In this document: piece after piece, positions 13,606-25,997 of the stretch
Numbering within the stretch: the first letter of the stretch is position 1
How the letters are laid out: every line of letters starts with the position of its first letter
Origin: Octopus sinensis
Taxonomy: Eukaryota
DNA: 64,000 nucleotides
Reading direction: 5' to 3'
Assembly: GCF_006345805.1 (NCBI RefSeq)
Contig: NC_042999.1
Coordinates: 160,766,001 to 160,830,000, forward strand
Program-made: the position numbers and the translations under genes
Notes under the pieces: model-generated
Told to the model about the DNA's origin: nothing
The model's database searches: none
The model's input: the letters and a program-made list of their open reading frames with translations, nothing else

Positions 13606-13659
13606 TATTTAGTTTTTTTATATAAATCATGTTATGCATGAGTATACATATAAATGTAT

Positions 13660-14031
13660 TACTCTTTACTCTTTTACTTGTTTCAGTCATTTGACTGTGG
13701 CCATGCTGGAGCACAGCCTTTAGTCAAGCAAATCGACCCAAGGACTTATTCTATCAGTCTCTTTTGCCGAACCACTAAGTTACGGGAACGTAAACACACC
13801 AGCATCAGTTGTCAAGCAATGTTGGGGGGACAAACATAGACACACATACATACATACATATATATATACGATGGGCTTCTTTCAGTTTCCGTCTACTAAA
13901 TCCACTCACAATGCTTTGGTCGGCCCGAGGCTATAGTAGAAGACACTTGCCTAAGGTGCCACGCAGTGGGACTGAACTCGGAACCATGTGGTTGGTAAGC
14001 AAGCTACTTACCACACAGCCACTCCTACACC
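13660..14031 (-). mobile_element. SINE family A
   Basis: Head, core and tail as the other copies. Confidence 0.85.
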
Positions 14032-14644
14032 TATTCATTTCTCATATTATCACAAAGACATATATGAAAGAAGAGTATAGTCAGCTGAATTGACCAAAAA
14101 AAAAAGAAATTTGATATGCATTTTATCAACTATGAGGGATTGAAAAGTTAAACTGAACCTAGTAGAATTCTCAGTCAAAATGTTAGGACAGAAATAAATT
14201 TTGTAAGATATTTTAGTTTGATACATAACTATTTTCTCCACTCCATAATTTAATCAATAATAATCAAAAATTTGCTTTTGTAATTGTGAGAAAGAACAAT
14301 ATATCCACACTATTTTAAGCCTCCCTAAACAGGGAATCTTTCCAGCAATGATCAGTTATCTCAATCAATCTGCAACAGGAATATTCAGCAGTCAGATCAT
14401 TACACCAGATGTTGCAATTCACTAGAATTGATCAACAAAATCTAACCAATCATGACTTTGTGTTGAATAGGCTCCAGTAACAATTTCATCTTTTTGCATG
14501 CTTCCTTCTGAGCCAAAACATCAGTAAAAATTCAGCACACCTTGACTAGTTGACAGAGAGCTTTGGGATACAGCAGAGAAAACATTGTGAGACAGCAGAG
14601 ATGAGACAGCATGCAGACATGGGCAGTTGCTGACAACAGGAGGA

Positions 14645-15022
14645 AGCACTCCGTCGGTTACGACGCTGAGGGTTCCGGTTGATCCGAATCAACGGAACAG
14701 CCTGCTCGTGAAATTAACGTGTAAGTTGCTGAGCACTCCACAGACATGTGTACCCTTAATGTAGTTCTCAGGGATATTCAGCGTGACACAGAGAGTGACA
14801 AGGCCGGCCCTTTGAAATACAGGTACAACAGAAACAGGAAGTAAGAGTGAGAGAAAGTTGTAGTGAAAGAGTACAGCAGGGATCACCACCACCCCCTGCC
14901 GGAGCCTCGTGGAGCTTTAGGTGTTTGTGCTCAATAAACACTCACAACGCCCGGTCTGGGAATCGAAACCACGATCCTATGACCGCAAGTCCGCTGCTCT
15001 AACCACTGGGCCATTGCGCCTC
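14645..15022 (-). mobile_element. tRNA-headed SINE family C
   Basis: Reverse head ggaggcgcaatggcccagtggttagagcagcgg...ggtttcgattccc (A/B boxes); direct repeat tgctgacaaca on both sides. Confidence 0.85.
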
Positions 15023-15284
15023 CACTGCTGACAACAACCACAATGAACAATTGGTGACAGCAACACAACGACCAGCATCTAACTTTTTTACTACTACTAC
15101 AATTACACCAAGAACAATAACATTCAAACTCACTCAACATTTTGTCATTTGTAGTAACAATAGCATTTGTTTCATTGTGTAAGAAAAGAATAAAAGTTCT
15201 GTTTGTCAAACATCACAAACCTTCTCCAATGGTTTTATCATACAAAACAACCGTATGATCTAAATTTAGAATAAGGACTATTTT

Positions 15285-15909
15285 GTTGTGTCTGGGGAGA
15301 GTCATTCTCTTTTAGTGCCTTATTATTTAACACACTCACCAGTAAAATTTCCACTTATTTCTTATTTTTATTTTCTAAAATTTTTGTTGCGTCTTGCAAC
15401 CTTTTCAAGACTATTGAGTGTGTTAAATAATCTCTCTCTATATAAACGGCAGTTTGTCTGTGCGTGTTTCTGTGTGTCTGTTTGCTTGTACCCTCACCCT
15501 GACCATGGCTTGCAACCGATTCTGATGAAACTTGACACACACATAGCCCAATGTCATAATTCAAAACTAACGCAGCGAAAATTTTGAAAAGTTCCCCCAG
15601 TTCTGAAAAAAATCGATAAATTCGACATGGGGTCGAGAATCAGAAACACAAACCGCAAACTGTCTAGGGGACGCAACTCCACCTTTTTTAACTAAAAAAA
15701 ATTTACCATCATTTTTTTCCATTTTTTTGCTATTTTTTGGCTATAACTCTCTAAAAATGCTTTATAGTTATTTCCCTTACAAACCTGAGCAACGCCGGGC
15801 GATACTGCTAGTAAGGCACTAAAAGAGAATGACTCTCCCCAGACACAACAGAATATGCTTCAACACACGAACTCACATAAAGAGTCTTGCAAACCAAATC
15901 CAAAAACGA
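15285..15909. mobile_element. Fold-back element (about 55-bp inverted repeats plus tail) with 15-bp flanking direct repeats, interrupted by a Helitron
   Basis: gttgtgtctggggagagtcattctcttttagtgccttattatttaacacactca and its reverse complement (split at 15430/15812); aataaggactatttt at 15270-15284 and 15910-15924. Confidence 0.7.
15431..15811 (+). mobile_element. Non-autonomous Helitron (family H2)
   Basis: A|TCTCTCTCTATATAAAC ... cctgagcaacgccgggcgatactgCTAG|T; 3' end shared with H1, different internal sequence. Confidence 0.85.
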
Positions 15910-16254
15910 AATAAGGACTATTTTCATTTTCATTTATCTATGCTTAAAATTTCAGATAATTCTCTCAGTTAAACTGTCCACATATTAAGGTTATTAGGCT
16001 TTAGGACACAAAGCTGATGAGGAAGCTTCTATATGCCACTTGACCTGCTAGAAATAGCAGTCAAGTCTTGTTCATATTACACCCTACAATTTTATATAAA
16101 GACAGTAGACATTAAGTAATGTAATTTTACACACCTCCAAAAAGATGAGCTGGAATGCCTTAGATCATAGTTGGACTGGGGCTAACTAGCAATAAGAACA
16201 ACCAGCCTCTCTAAAGAATATCAAACTAAACACATTCGTTGTAGTCACACATCC

Positions 16255-16525
16255 TTCATCATCATCATCATCGTTTAACGTCCGCTTTCCATGCTAGCAT
16301 GGGTTGGACGGTTTGACTGGGGCTGGGAAGCCAGGAGGCTGCACCAGGCTCAGTCTGATCTGGCAGTGTTTCTACAGCTGGATGCCCTTCCTAATGCCAA
16401 CCACTCCGTGAGTGTAGTGGGCGCTTTTTACACACCACTGGCACAGGTGCCAGGCGAGGCTGGCAACGGCCACAATCGGTTGGTGCTTTTTACGTGCCAC
16501 CGGCACCGAGGCCAGTCGAAGCAGT
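16255..16525 (-). mobile_element. RTE LINE 3' UTR
   Basis: (cat)n then cgtttaacgtccgctttccatgctagc. Confidence 0.85.
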
Positions 16526-16928
16526 GCTGGCAATGACCAATAATAATAATAATAAAAAAAAACCCAGCAAAGTCTCCCTCTGCCAACACTGAGGATCATC
16601 AACAACACCCCAGACTTCATTGTACATCAGTTTCTTCTCACAATAATATTAGCATAATTTCTTATACAGAAGATACATCGCATACAGATTGATTTTACTA
16701 CAGTTACAATCAAATGAATCTGTTTGAACAAAGTAAATGGATCGTTGCTGTATAAATATACCCTTATCATTCCATCCACTGATTGATTAACCAAACTGTT
16801 GATACAATCTTTTATTGTTTATTTGTTTCAGGATTGTGGCCATGCAGGAGCACTGCCTTGAAGAAATTTTAGTCAAATGGATCAACTCCAGTACTTTTTT
16901 TTTTTTTTATCTTAAATATTTTCATCTC

Positions 16929-17330
16929 GCAGGAGTGGCTGTGTGGTAAGTAGCTTGCTAAACAACCACATGGTTCCAGGTTCAGTCCCACTGCGTGGCA
17001 TCTTGGGCAAGTGTCTTCTGCTATAGCCCCGGGCCGACCAATGCCTTGTGAGTGGATTTGGTAGATGGAAACTGAAAGAAGCCTGTCGTATATATGTATA
17101 TATATGTATGTGTGTATGTGTTTGTGTGTCTGTGTTTGTCCCCCTAGCATTGCTTGACAACCGATGCTGGTGTATTTACGTCCCCGTCACTTAGCGGTTC
17201 GGCAAAAGAGACCGATAGAATAAGTACTGGGCTTCCAAAGAATAAGTCCCGGGGTTGATTTGCTCGACTAAAGGCGGTGCTCCAGCATGGCCGCAGTCAA
17301 ATGACTGAAACAAGTAAAAGAGTAAAGAGT
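16929..17330 (+). mobile_element. SINE family A, full length
   Basis: Consensus head, core and tail. Confidence 0.85.
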
Positions 17331-18078
17331 ATAAACACATAACAAGGAATTTCCCAACTTTAAATATGTGTCAGCTTTATGTAAGAAAATTAACAATCTA
17401 TCTTGTCACCTTAAGAAACATGTAAGCCTTCTACCTGCACTTTATATCTTTGTTAGAAAAAAATCTCAAGTTTACAAGATAGTAGTCTTGCTTCATTACA
17501 CAAACAAAAATAAACACACAGAAATACTGTATAAAACTCATAGTTGCTGAGCTTGTCCAACCACTCACTAAGATTTAACATTTTATATTGCTTGTATTTA
17601 ATAAAAAACAAGACTGAATCAACACTTTAGATTTGTCAAACATTACCAAGAAAATATAAGAGTGAAATATCCTCAACAAATATATCATGTATTATGATGA
17701 ATGCATCTGTTACAGTATCCTAATATTTGAATTGTCCAAGATGTAAAGAATAACATCATTCATATTTGCTGGCTGAAAGATTGAAGTATACAGTTTAACC
17801 CTGTAGCATTTAAAGCAGCAATATCCGGCCAAAAATATTCAACTTGCTCTATGTTCAAACTGGCAGATCTAGCCTCTCAACCTTTCATCTTACTGAAATC
17901 TCTAAGCCACAAGATAATTTATGATTAATTCAAAACAGTGTGAATAAATAAGCAACACATTTGATAAAGTAATTGAATACTAAGGGTTAGATACCCACAA
18001 GATTATCATAACTTTGCATATTCTCACAATCAATGTTTTGGATTACCTGGACACAAGTAACTCTAGCGTCCATCTAGT

Positions 18079-18741
18079 CAGTGTTTCTCAACCATTTTTT
18101 ACCTGTGGACTCCTTTGATTCCTATTTTACTCAGATGGACCCTAATAGCCACTCAATGTTTTAAAAATCCTGTTAAAAATCCTGTTATATTTTTATAATT
18201 AAATATCATTTAATTATAAGGAGTGGCTGTGTGGTAAGTAGCTTGCTAAACAACCACATAGTTCCGGGTTCAGTCCCACTGCGTGGCATCTTGGGCAAGT
18301 GTCTTCTGCTATAGCCCTGGGCCGACCAATGCCTTGTGAGTGGATTTGGTAGATGGAAACTGAAAGAAGCCTGTCGTATATATGTATATATATATATGTA
18401 TGTGTGTGTGTGTTTGTGTGTCTGTGTTTGTCCCCCTAGCATTGCTTGACAACCGATGCTGGTGTGTTTACGTCCCTGTCACTTAGCGGTTCAGCAAAAG
18501 AGACTGATAGGATAAGTACTGGGCTTACAAAGAATAAGTCCCGGGGTCGATTTGCTCAACTAAAGGTGGTGCTCCAGCATGGCCGCAGTCAAATGACTGA
18601 AACAAGTAAAAGAGTAAAGAGTATTTGGAATTGTATGAAAGAAATTGTTAAAATATTCTGCGCAAAGTAGAAGTATTACAAATTTATTACAGACAAATTT
18701 CAACAATAAAATCTTATATGAACCCCAGTTGAGAACCACTG
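18079..18741. mobile_element. hAT (Charlie-like) MITE with nested SINE
   Basis: TIR cagtgtttctcaac / gttgagaaccactg; an 8-bp TSD was not recognisable. Confidence 0.55.
18218..18622 (+). mobile_element. SINE family A nested in hAT MITE
   Basis: Consensus head, core and tail. Confidence 0.85.
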
Positions 18742-19321
18742 GTCAAGAAGATCGAAGAAGCAGTCTAACAGCCAAAAGTTCAAATCCTGCTAAATGAATC
18801 CCTGAACCAGATTGGCTTTCTATCTAAAAAGACAAGTGAACCCTCTTTGTAACAAAAATTTGCAGACATTCCAGCCTAAACCTTTAGCATTCAGCTTATT
18901 CTGTTATATGCAATAATTATTTATTCACATCATTTTAAATTAATCCTGCATTATCTCATAGCTTTGAGTTTTCAATGATGTGATTGTATATTTTTACAAT
19001 GACATTGTAGGATAGGTGTAAGAGGCCAGATCTTGATAGTTTGAACATAAAACAGATAGAATATTTGGACTTGATATGGTCAGTGAAATACTAAAGGGTT
19101 AATAAGGTTGAAAAGGAATTTAAAAAATTGCAATTTGGATTGTAGTATTTCACCATAATAGAGTGTTAGTCTAATTCTTCAAAGTCTTAGTCTTAGGGAA
19201 CCCCTGAAGCACAAGGCGTGACAATGTATCCATTAGATACCACGAAGAAGGTTTAAGAAATTTTGTCTTAACCAAAGCGGTAAAAACGCATTTCAATTTT
19301 ATATATAGAGATATACATATA

Positions 19322-19486
19322 TACGACAGGCATCTTTCAGTTTCCGTCTACCAAATCCACTCACAAGGTATTGGTCGGCCCGGGGCTATAGCAGAAGACA
19401 CTTGCCCAAGATGCCACGCAGTGGGACTGAACCCGGAACCATGTGGTTGGTTAGCAAGCTACTTACCACACAGCCACTCCTGCGCC
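19322..19486 (-). mobile_element. SINE family A, 5' half
   Basis: Reverse head and core up to the TA tract. Confidence 0.8.
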
Positions 19487-19499
19487 TGTGTATCTGTCA

Positions 19500-19723
19500 A
19501 TGTAAATTGTATATTTTATACATACAAACTTTATTTTGTTCCATTTTCGATTTAAACTGTCCGATGAACAGGAACATGAAACTCTGAGTAGCAGTTTTTT
19601 GTGATACTCTTGTGATGCTTTAGCAGCTTTAATAATGATAAAGCATATTATTCCACCACCAGTATTCGAGTACTATTTTTTCCCACCTTGTTTCACATTT
19701 ATGTGCTTACTTTGGTATGTATA
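19500..19723 (+). mobile_element. Solo Penelope-like terminal repeat (pLTR end)
   Basis: Homologous to 57590-57755 (aaagcatatta...gagtact...ccaccttgtttcacatttatgtg...actNNggt). Confidence 0.75.
19557..19594 (+). ncRNA. Minimal type I hammerhead ribozyme motif, CpG-decayed stem II
   Basis: ctgt-CCGATGA-acaggaacat-GAAA-ctctgag-TA-gcag. Confidence 0.6.
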
Positions 19724-20097
19724 TCTTTCTCTATATAAACGGCAGTTTGTCTGTGCGTGTTTCTGTGTGTCTGTTTTCTCGTACCCTCACCCTGACCACG
19801 GCTTTCAACCGATTCTGATGAAACTTGACACACACATAGCCCAATGTCATAATTCAAAACTAACGCAGAGAAAATTTTGAAAAGTTCCCCCAGTTCTGAA
19901 AAAAATCGATAAATTCGACATGGGGTCGAGAATCAGAAACACAAACCACAGACTGTCTAGGGGACGCAACTCGACCTTTTTTAACTCTCAAAAAAAATTT
20001 ACCATAATTTTCTTTCCATTTTTTGGCTATAACTCTCTAAAAATGCTTTATAGTTATTTCCCTTACAAACCTGAGCAACGCCGGGCGATACTGCTAG
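19724..20097 (+). mobile_element. Non-autonomous Helitron (family H2)
   Basis: A|TC ... hairpin-CTAG|T; near-identical to 15431-15811. Confidence 0.85.
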
Positions 20098-20114
20098 TAT
20101 ATATATATATATAT

Positions 20115-20400
20115 ATACACACTGGCATCTGCCGCTGTCAGTGCTGGCAGCATGAAAAAGTACCATTCGAGCGTGATCAATGCCAGTATCATCTGACTGG
20201 CTCCTATGCTAGTGGCACTTGAAAAGCACCCACTACACTCTAGGAGTGGTTGACGTTAGGAAGGGTATCCAGCTGTAGAACCCTTGCCAGAACAGACTGG
20301 AGCCTGACTGCAGCCTCCTGGCTTGCCAGTTCTCAGTCAAACCGTCCTACCCATGCCAGCTTGGAAAGCAGATGTTAAACGACAACGATGGTGATGAGGA
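20115..20400 (+). mobile_element. RTE LINE 3' UTR (variant closest to the 66-bp satellite unit)
   Basis: aaaaagtaccattcgagcgtgatcaatgccagtatcatctgactggctcctatgctagtggcac followed by the standard RTE tail. Confidence 0.8.
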
Positions 20401-20598
20401 TATATAATGATATAGATAATTATGACATATTGTTACACCAGTCAAAGTTTAGGTAAACTTCATCACCCACCCACTCACTCTCTCTCTCTCTCTCTCCCCA
20501 CATAAAAATGAAGCTCATTTCGGTGCCAAAAATTGCAAAGGGAAAAATGCTTTAGCTTTTCAAATCTATTCTGCAATCTAGGATTATTATATACATTA

Positions 20599-20996
20599 CT
20601 AGCAGTATCGCCCGGCGTTGCTCGGGTTTGTAAGGGAAATAACTATATAAGCATTTTTAGAGAGTTATAGCCAAAAAATAGCAAAAAAATGCATTAAAAA
20701 TGGAAAAAAAATTATGGTAAATTTTTTTTTTAATCGTTGACTCATCGTAGACATTTTTAGAGAGTTACTTCCCTTATATAATAGCGAAAAAATGCATTAA
20801 AATGGAAACAAATGATGGTAAATTTGTTTTAAAATCGTAGACTCATCATAGACGCGCGCTAATACCCAGAAGGGCTCGATATGAATCACGACTATAAGAT
20901 ACCCGGTTTTGGTTAAACTGCACCGCAAAATGTGGGAATAGTTAGGAATCTAAATCGTAGGAGACAGACACACAACCTTACTTTTATATATAAAGA
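20599..20996 (-). mobile_element. Non-autonomous Helitron (H1)
   Basis: A|CTAGcagtatcgcccggcgttgctcggg ... tatatataaaGA|T. Confidence 0.85.
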
Positions 20997-21844
20997 TATA
21001 AAGATATCCAGTGATTTTACGAGGTACCACCAACTTTTATAACCTCTACATTTTCACTTATTCATTTGAAGCTTCTTTGAATTTTCAATTTAATGTAATC
21101 CACACTCTCTCGAAAAGGTATTTCTGCAAAATGTTATCTAAAATTATGGGTAAAGAAAGAAATAACAAAAAATATTTGAAAATGGGGGTGGGGTGGGGGG
21201 AAATTTCCAAGGGTTCCACCTCATCCCACTCCGTTTCCCGAACCCCAAAAAAGGGGTTTGTAGCACATTAGGAGGTCACCGGAATACATTCAACAGAAAA
21301 AAAATATTTCCAATGATTCTGGGTATATTGAGGGAGGGGGGGTCCGGTTTCCCCCACTACCACCTTTTTTTTCAGAACAAAAAAAAAAGGAGTTTGCAGC
21401 ATATTAGGAGGTCAGGGTACTTGATTCCATGCGAAAAAATCCGATTTTTTTTTCTTAGTGAAAATCATGCGGGTGAAAGGATCAAAATTTACCCTAGGGT
21501 CAATAAAATAGAGTACAAGCCAAATGTTGGAATAAATATGATTCGTAGTATAAATAAGTATAATTTATCCCCGGAATTCATGTAACAGGCATCAACATTT
21601 TTATGGACCAAAACCTATCGCGTAAAAATACACTGCAGTATTGTAATCGCGGGCCACGAACAAATGAGCTTCTACGCAGTCATCCGGTGAGCTAGAAATA
21701 GCAACCAAGTTCCCACGAATACACTACCGCCTTAAAAATATGAGGGACACAACGGACCACCGAAAATATCCGTGACCATCGTACGGCTACTCATCAGGGG
21801 TGACCTGGGTTTAAACAACAGCGACAATAATAATAATGATAATA

Positions 21845-22077
21845 CATATCTTTATTGCCCACAAGGGGCTAAACATAGAGGGGACAAACAAGGACAGACA
21901 AACGGATTAAGTCGATTATATCGACCCCAGTGCGTAACTGGCACTTAATTTATCGACCCCGAAAGGATGAAAGGCAAAGTCGACCTCGGCGGAATTTGAA
22001 CTCAGACCGTAAGGGCAGACGAAATACGGCTACGCATTTCGCCCGGCGTGTTAACGTTTCTGGCCAGCTCGCCGCCT
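21845..22077 (-). mobile_element. SINE family B
   Basis: Reverse complement of the Deu/Nin-like core and tRNA head. Confidence 0.85.
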
Positions 22078-22472
22078 AATAATTATGATAATAATCGTCG
22101 ACCAAGTTTCATAATTTCTCGACTTATAGTAATTCTCATTTAAGCGTGTTTACTTTCTCGATAGACACATTCCTATCTGTGGTAAACAGTTACGAAATAA
22201 AACGGGAATTACATAACGCAATGACATGAAACACGAAAAAGGTCGAAGTGAAACATCTGCACTGAAAAGCAACATGATGAGTAAGGGTTTGAGTCATGAG
22301 CACTCTACTGCAGAGGCTTCGTCGTAAATATATTATCATCGGTTCATTGGTTACGTTGATACGGAGGGAAATGATAGCATTATTAGTCTGGCGTGACCGT
22401 ATACACACAGCACTGCTTCAGTACAATTAATATTGTATTGATTACATACATACATGTGAGGGGACAGGTGTG

Positions 22473-22505
<33 letters not shown>

Positions 22506-22571
22506 TGAAAACGTATAGTAAATGCACAAACGAAACATACACACACACATACGTATATATATAAACATACC

Positions 22572-22795
22572 GGTGGGCTTGGCAGAAACGTTAGCACGCC
22601 GGGCGAAATGCATAGCCGTATTTCGTCCGCCGTTACGTTCTGAGTTCAAATTCCGCCGAGGTCGACTTTGCCTTTCATCCTTTCGGGGTCGATAAATAAA
22701 GTACCAGTTATGCACTGGGGTCGATGTAATCGACTTAATCCCTTTGTCCTTGTTTGTCCCCTCTATGTTTAGCCCCTTGTGGGCAGTAAAGAAAT
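22572..22795 (+). mobile_element. SINE family B
   Basis: ggtgggcttggcagaaacgttagc ... gaggtcgactttgcctttcatcctttcggggtcgat ... gtaaagaaata. Confidence 0.85.
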
Positions 22796-22974
22796 ATATA
22801 TACACACATACCATTATAGATACTTATTACATATACATGTGTGATTATGTGCATTTTATATAGATAGCGAAAATTTTGCATACGCCATGGGCCATATGAC
22901 TATCTATAAACCCTGCAAGGTCAGTTGGATAATGGTACACATGCACTTAGTGATTCTAAAATGAAGCATGGAAA

Positions 22975-23490
22975 TACCATTATACAGTAATTAAAGATAT
23001 GAAGGTAAGGAAAGCCCTTAGTCCATCAGGAATCACCACTGAATACTTAAAATATCTGGTCTACTCACCTGCATAGTTAATCACATAGTACAAGGTGTTA
23101 CACCCAATGACTGGCTTTGCAGCATTACAGTCAACTGTCACAAAGGTAAAGGAGATACCTTAGATAGAAGTAATTTCAGAGGTACCAAATTGCTGGACCT
23201 CATTACGAGAATTACAGCCCAATTAATTAGGAAGACAATTACGTTAAATGAGATACAGTTGGGTTTTATACTTGGGAGAAATACTACTGATACTTTCTAC
23301 TAAGACAACTACAGAAGTATTTTGCTTCAGGTAAGCCATTGTACTTGGAGTTTAGTGACCTTGTGAAAGCCTTCAACAGGGTCCCTTGCTCTGTAATCTG
23401 GTGGTCCCAAAGGAAGCTAAGGGTAGACAAATGGCTTGTGAGAGCCATATAAGCAATGTACAAGAGAGGAAAAGACAACAGAATGGAGAT
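22975..23490 (+). mobile_element. RTE LINE RT fragment, decayed
   Basis: KDMKVRKALSPSGITTE...PNDW..SITVNCHKGKGDTLDRSNFRGTKLLD, RT subdomains 1-2. Confidence 0.75.
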
Positions 23491-23963
23491 GATTGGCAAG
23501 TCACTGCAGTTAAGAAGACCTGTCCATCTCAAGGAGGATGAGGTCTTAAAAGCATTTTCCTTTTGTCTATATGCCCTGTCAAACCTCGATTTCCTAACAT
23601 CCACCTCTCCACACTTCTAATTATGACACTATTCAGCTGCTATAATTATAAGAGCAAAATATGCACATATTTTAACCTTCTTTGTGCTACCTCTCCTCTC
23701 CTTGGAACCACTTCCTTTTAAGAGCCACCCTTCATTATCAATATCATTCCTTCTCATTTTATTTTCCTCTCATCACCCCATTCTGTACCTCCAGTTACTT
23801 ATCTCTCTCCTCTGAGATACATCTAAGACTGTCATTACTTTATTTGCTCTCATTCTCATCACTTTGTCATGTCTACTATGGACAGCTTCCCTCCCACCTT
23901 TGTCCCCCACCCCACTCACTATAACTGCTCCTACATACCTCTGACATCCATCTCTGTTATTAT

Positions 23964-24458
23964 ACAGTAATACCCCACTTTATGAGGACCCACTTTACAA
24001 GACCCCGGGTTTAAGAGTTTTATTTTATAATAACTTCTTCAAGCACAAGATCCAAACTCTGAATGAAGTGGAAAAGTTTCTATTACCATAACAAATACTT
24101 CTGCAAATTACTGAGAAATTAACAGAGAGCGAAAAAAAGCAAACAACTCTAGACTTGTTTTTTAAAAAGAAATCTACAAGTCTGTCTACGAGTGCTTGTG
24201 AACAAGTTTACAAGTGAAAACAATTATAATATTTTTTATTATAAATGAACTTGATATTCTTTTTACTTTACATAAAATATTCTTTACAGTCTACTGTTGT
24301 TCTATTGCCATTTATTTATGAGTATTATAAATTTTAAAGGTAAAATATTTTTCGGGGAACTAATTACAATTTATAACATTGCTACTATGGGAAATTATTG
24401 TTCTGCATTAAGAGCAGTATCTGGGAACAAATTAACTCATATATCGAGGTATTACCAT
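23964..24458 (+). mobile_element. Tigger/pogo-like deletion derivative
   Basis: TA-cagtaatacc / tatcgaggtattacc termini; internal KKQTTLDLFFKK-like C-terminal motif. Confidence 0.6.
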
Positions 24459-24497
24459 ACATGTTTCTCTCATCCCCACATATTCTCTGATCTATGG

Positions 24498-24876
24498 GAA
24501 GCACTCCGTCGGTTACGACGACGAGGGTTCCGGTTGATCCGATCAACGGAACAGCCTGCTCGTGAAATTAACATGTAAGTGGCTGAGCACTCCACAGACA
24601 CGTGTACCCTTAACGTAGTTCTCAGGGATATTCAACGTGATACAGAGTGACAAGGCCGGCCCTTTGAAATACAGGTACAACAGAAACAGGAAGTAAGAGT
24701 GAGAGAAAGTTGTGGTGAAAGAGTACAGCAGGGATCACCACCATCCCCTGCCGGAGCATCGTGGAGCTTTAGGTGTTTTCGCTCAATAAACACTCACAAC
24801 GCCCGGTCTGGGAATCGAAACCGCGATCCTATGACCGCGAGTTCGCTGCCCTAACCACTGGGCCATTGCGCCTCCA
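24498..24876 (-). mobile_element. SINE family C
   Basis: Near-identical to 14645-15022. Confidence 0.85.
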
Positions 24877-25594
24877 CAATCTCTGATCTACTTACAAGTT
24901 GATTATACTGCTGCTCTCCCACATCACCTCTTCCTTCCTGAACCACTCCTCTTCTTTCGCCTTCCTCTCATACTGATATTTATCACCAACCACACCTCCA
25001 CTCTTATCCCATTCATTACATTCACCTCAGCATCCATTTCTTATCATTTGTCACTCCCTTCCCACACTCAAATGAACTTATTCACCCATTATTACTGATT
25101 CTTCATCCATAGTTTGTCATATTCACCTTCTTGTATCTTGAGAATATGCTCTGACCCCTCATCAACACCCTTGTTGTTTTCTTTCCTGCTACTCCCACTC
25201 TTCTTTATATAAAGAGGGGAAGCCACGTGTCTCCTCCGCAACAAGAGGCTTGTGCCTGTCCTATCATACTTCTGCTTCTCAACACCTGACATCAACCCAC
25301 ATCTCTTTCAACCAAAACCCCGTTCAGCCAAGGGGTCTTTTCCTTTGTCTCGTAAGGTACTTGCTAACCTTATTTGTGCCAGTGTCATGGATAAAGAAAA
25401 CACCCAGCACATTCTAAAAACTGGTTGGGATTAGAAAGGACATCCACCCATAGAAACCCATAAAAAGAGACACTAGAATTCAATGCAGTCCCACTGTCCT
25501 CCATCTTGTCAGTTTCTGCCAAACCAAACCTGCCAGGGAAGCAGGGAAGAAGGACACTGAATGATGATGATGATGAGAATGTGTGTGCATGTGT

Positions 25595-25997
25595 TGCAGG
25601 CATGGTTGTGTGGTAAAAAGCTTGGGTCCCAAACCACATAGTTTCAGGCAAATGTCTTCTACTATAGCCTCAGGCCAACCAAAGTCTTGTGAATGGATTT
25701 GATAGATGGAAACTGAAAGAATTCCATCATATGTGTGTGTGTCAGTGTGTGTATCTATGTGTGTGTGTGTCCTTGTGTCTGTGTTTGTCCCCACCACCAC
25801 CACCATCACCACTTGACAACCAGTGTTGGTATGTTTACATTCCTACAATTTAGCAGTTTCACAAAAGATACCGATAGAATAAATACAAGGCTTAAAGAAA
25901 AGTAAGTCCTAGGGTTGGTTTGTTCGACTAAAACCCTTCAAGGTGGTGCTCCAGCATGGCTGCAGTCAAATGACTGAAACAAGTAAAAGAATAAAAG
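25595..25997 (+). mobile_element. SINE family A, diverged
   Basis: Head, core and tail recognisable. Confidence 0.75.

Noticed and set aside
14950-15022. tRNA-like sequences at SINE heads (also 24800-24876, 48390-48457 and the family A/B heads)
   Set aside because: Have A/B boxes but continue into SINE bodies and lack a complete cloverleaf; not tRNA genes
16005-16060. CTGATGA followed later by GAAA
   Set aside because: No pairing stems I-III could be drawn; lies in a different dispersed repeat
16570-16660. Minus-strand coding-looking stretch KLMYNEVWGVVDDPQCWQRETLLG
   Set aside because: Short, no clear splice sites, no family recognised
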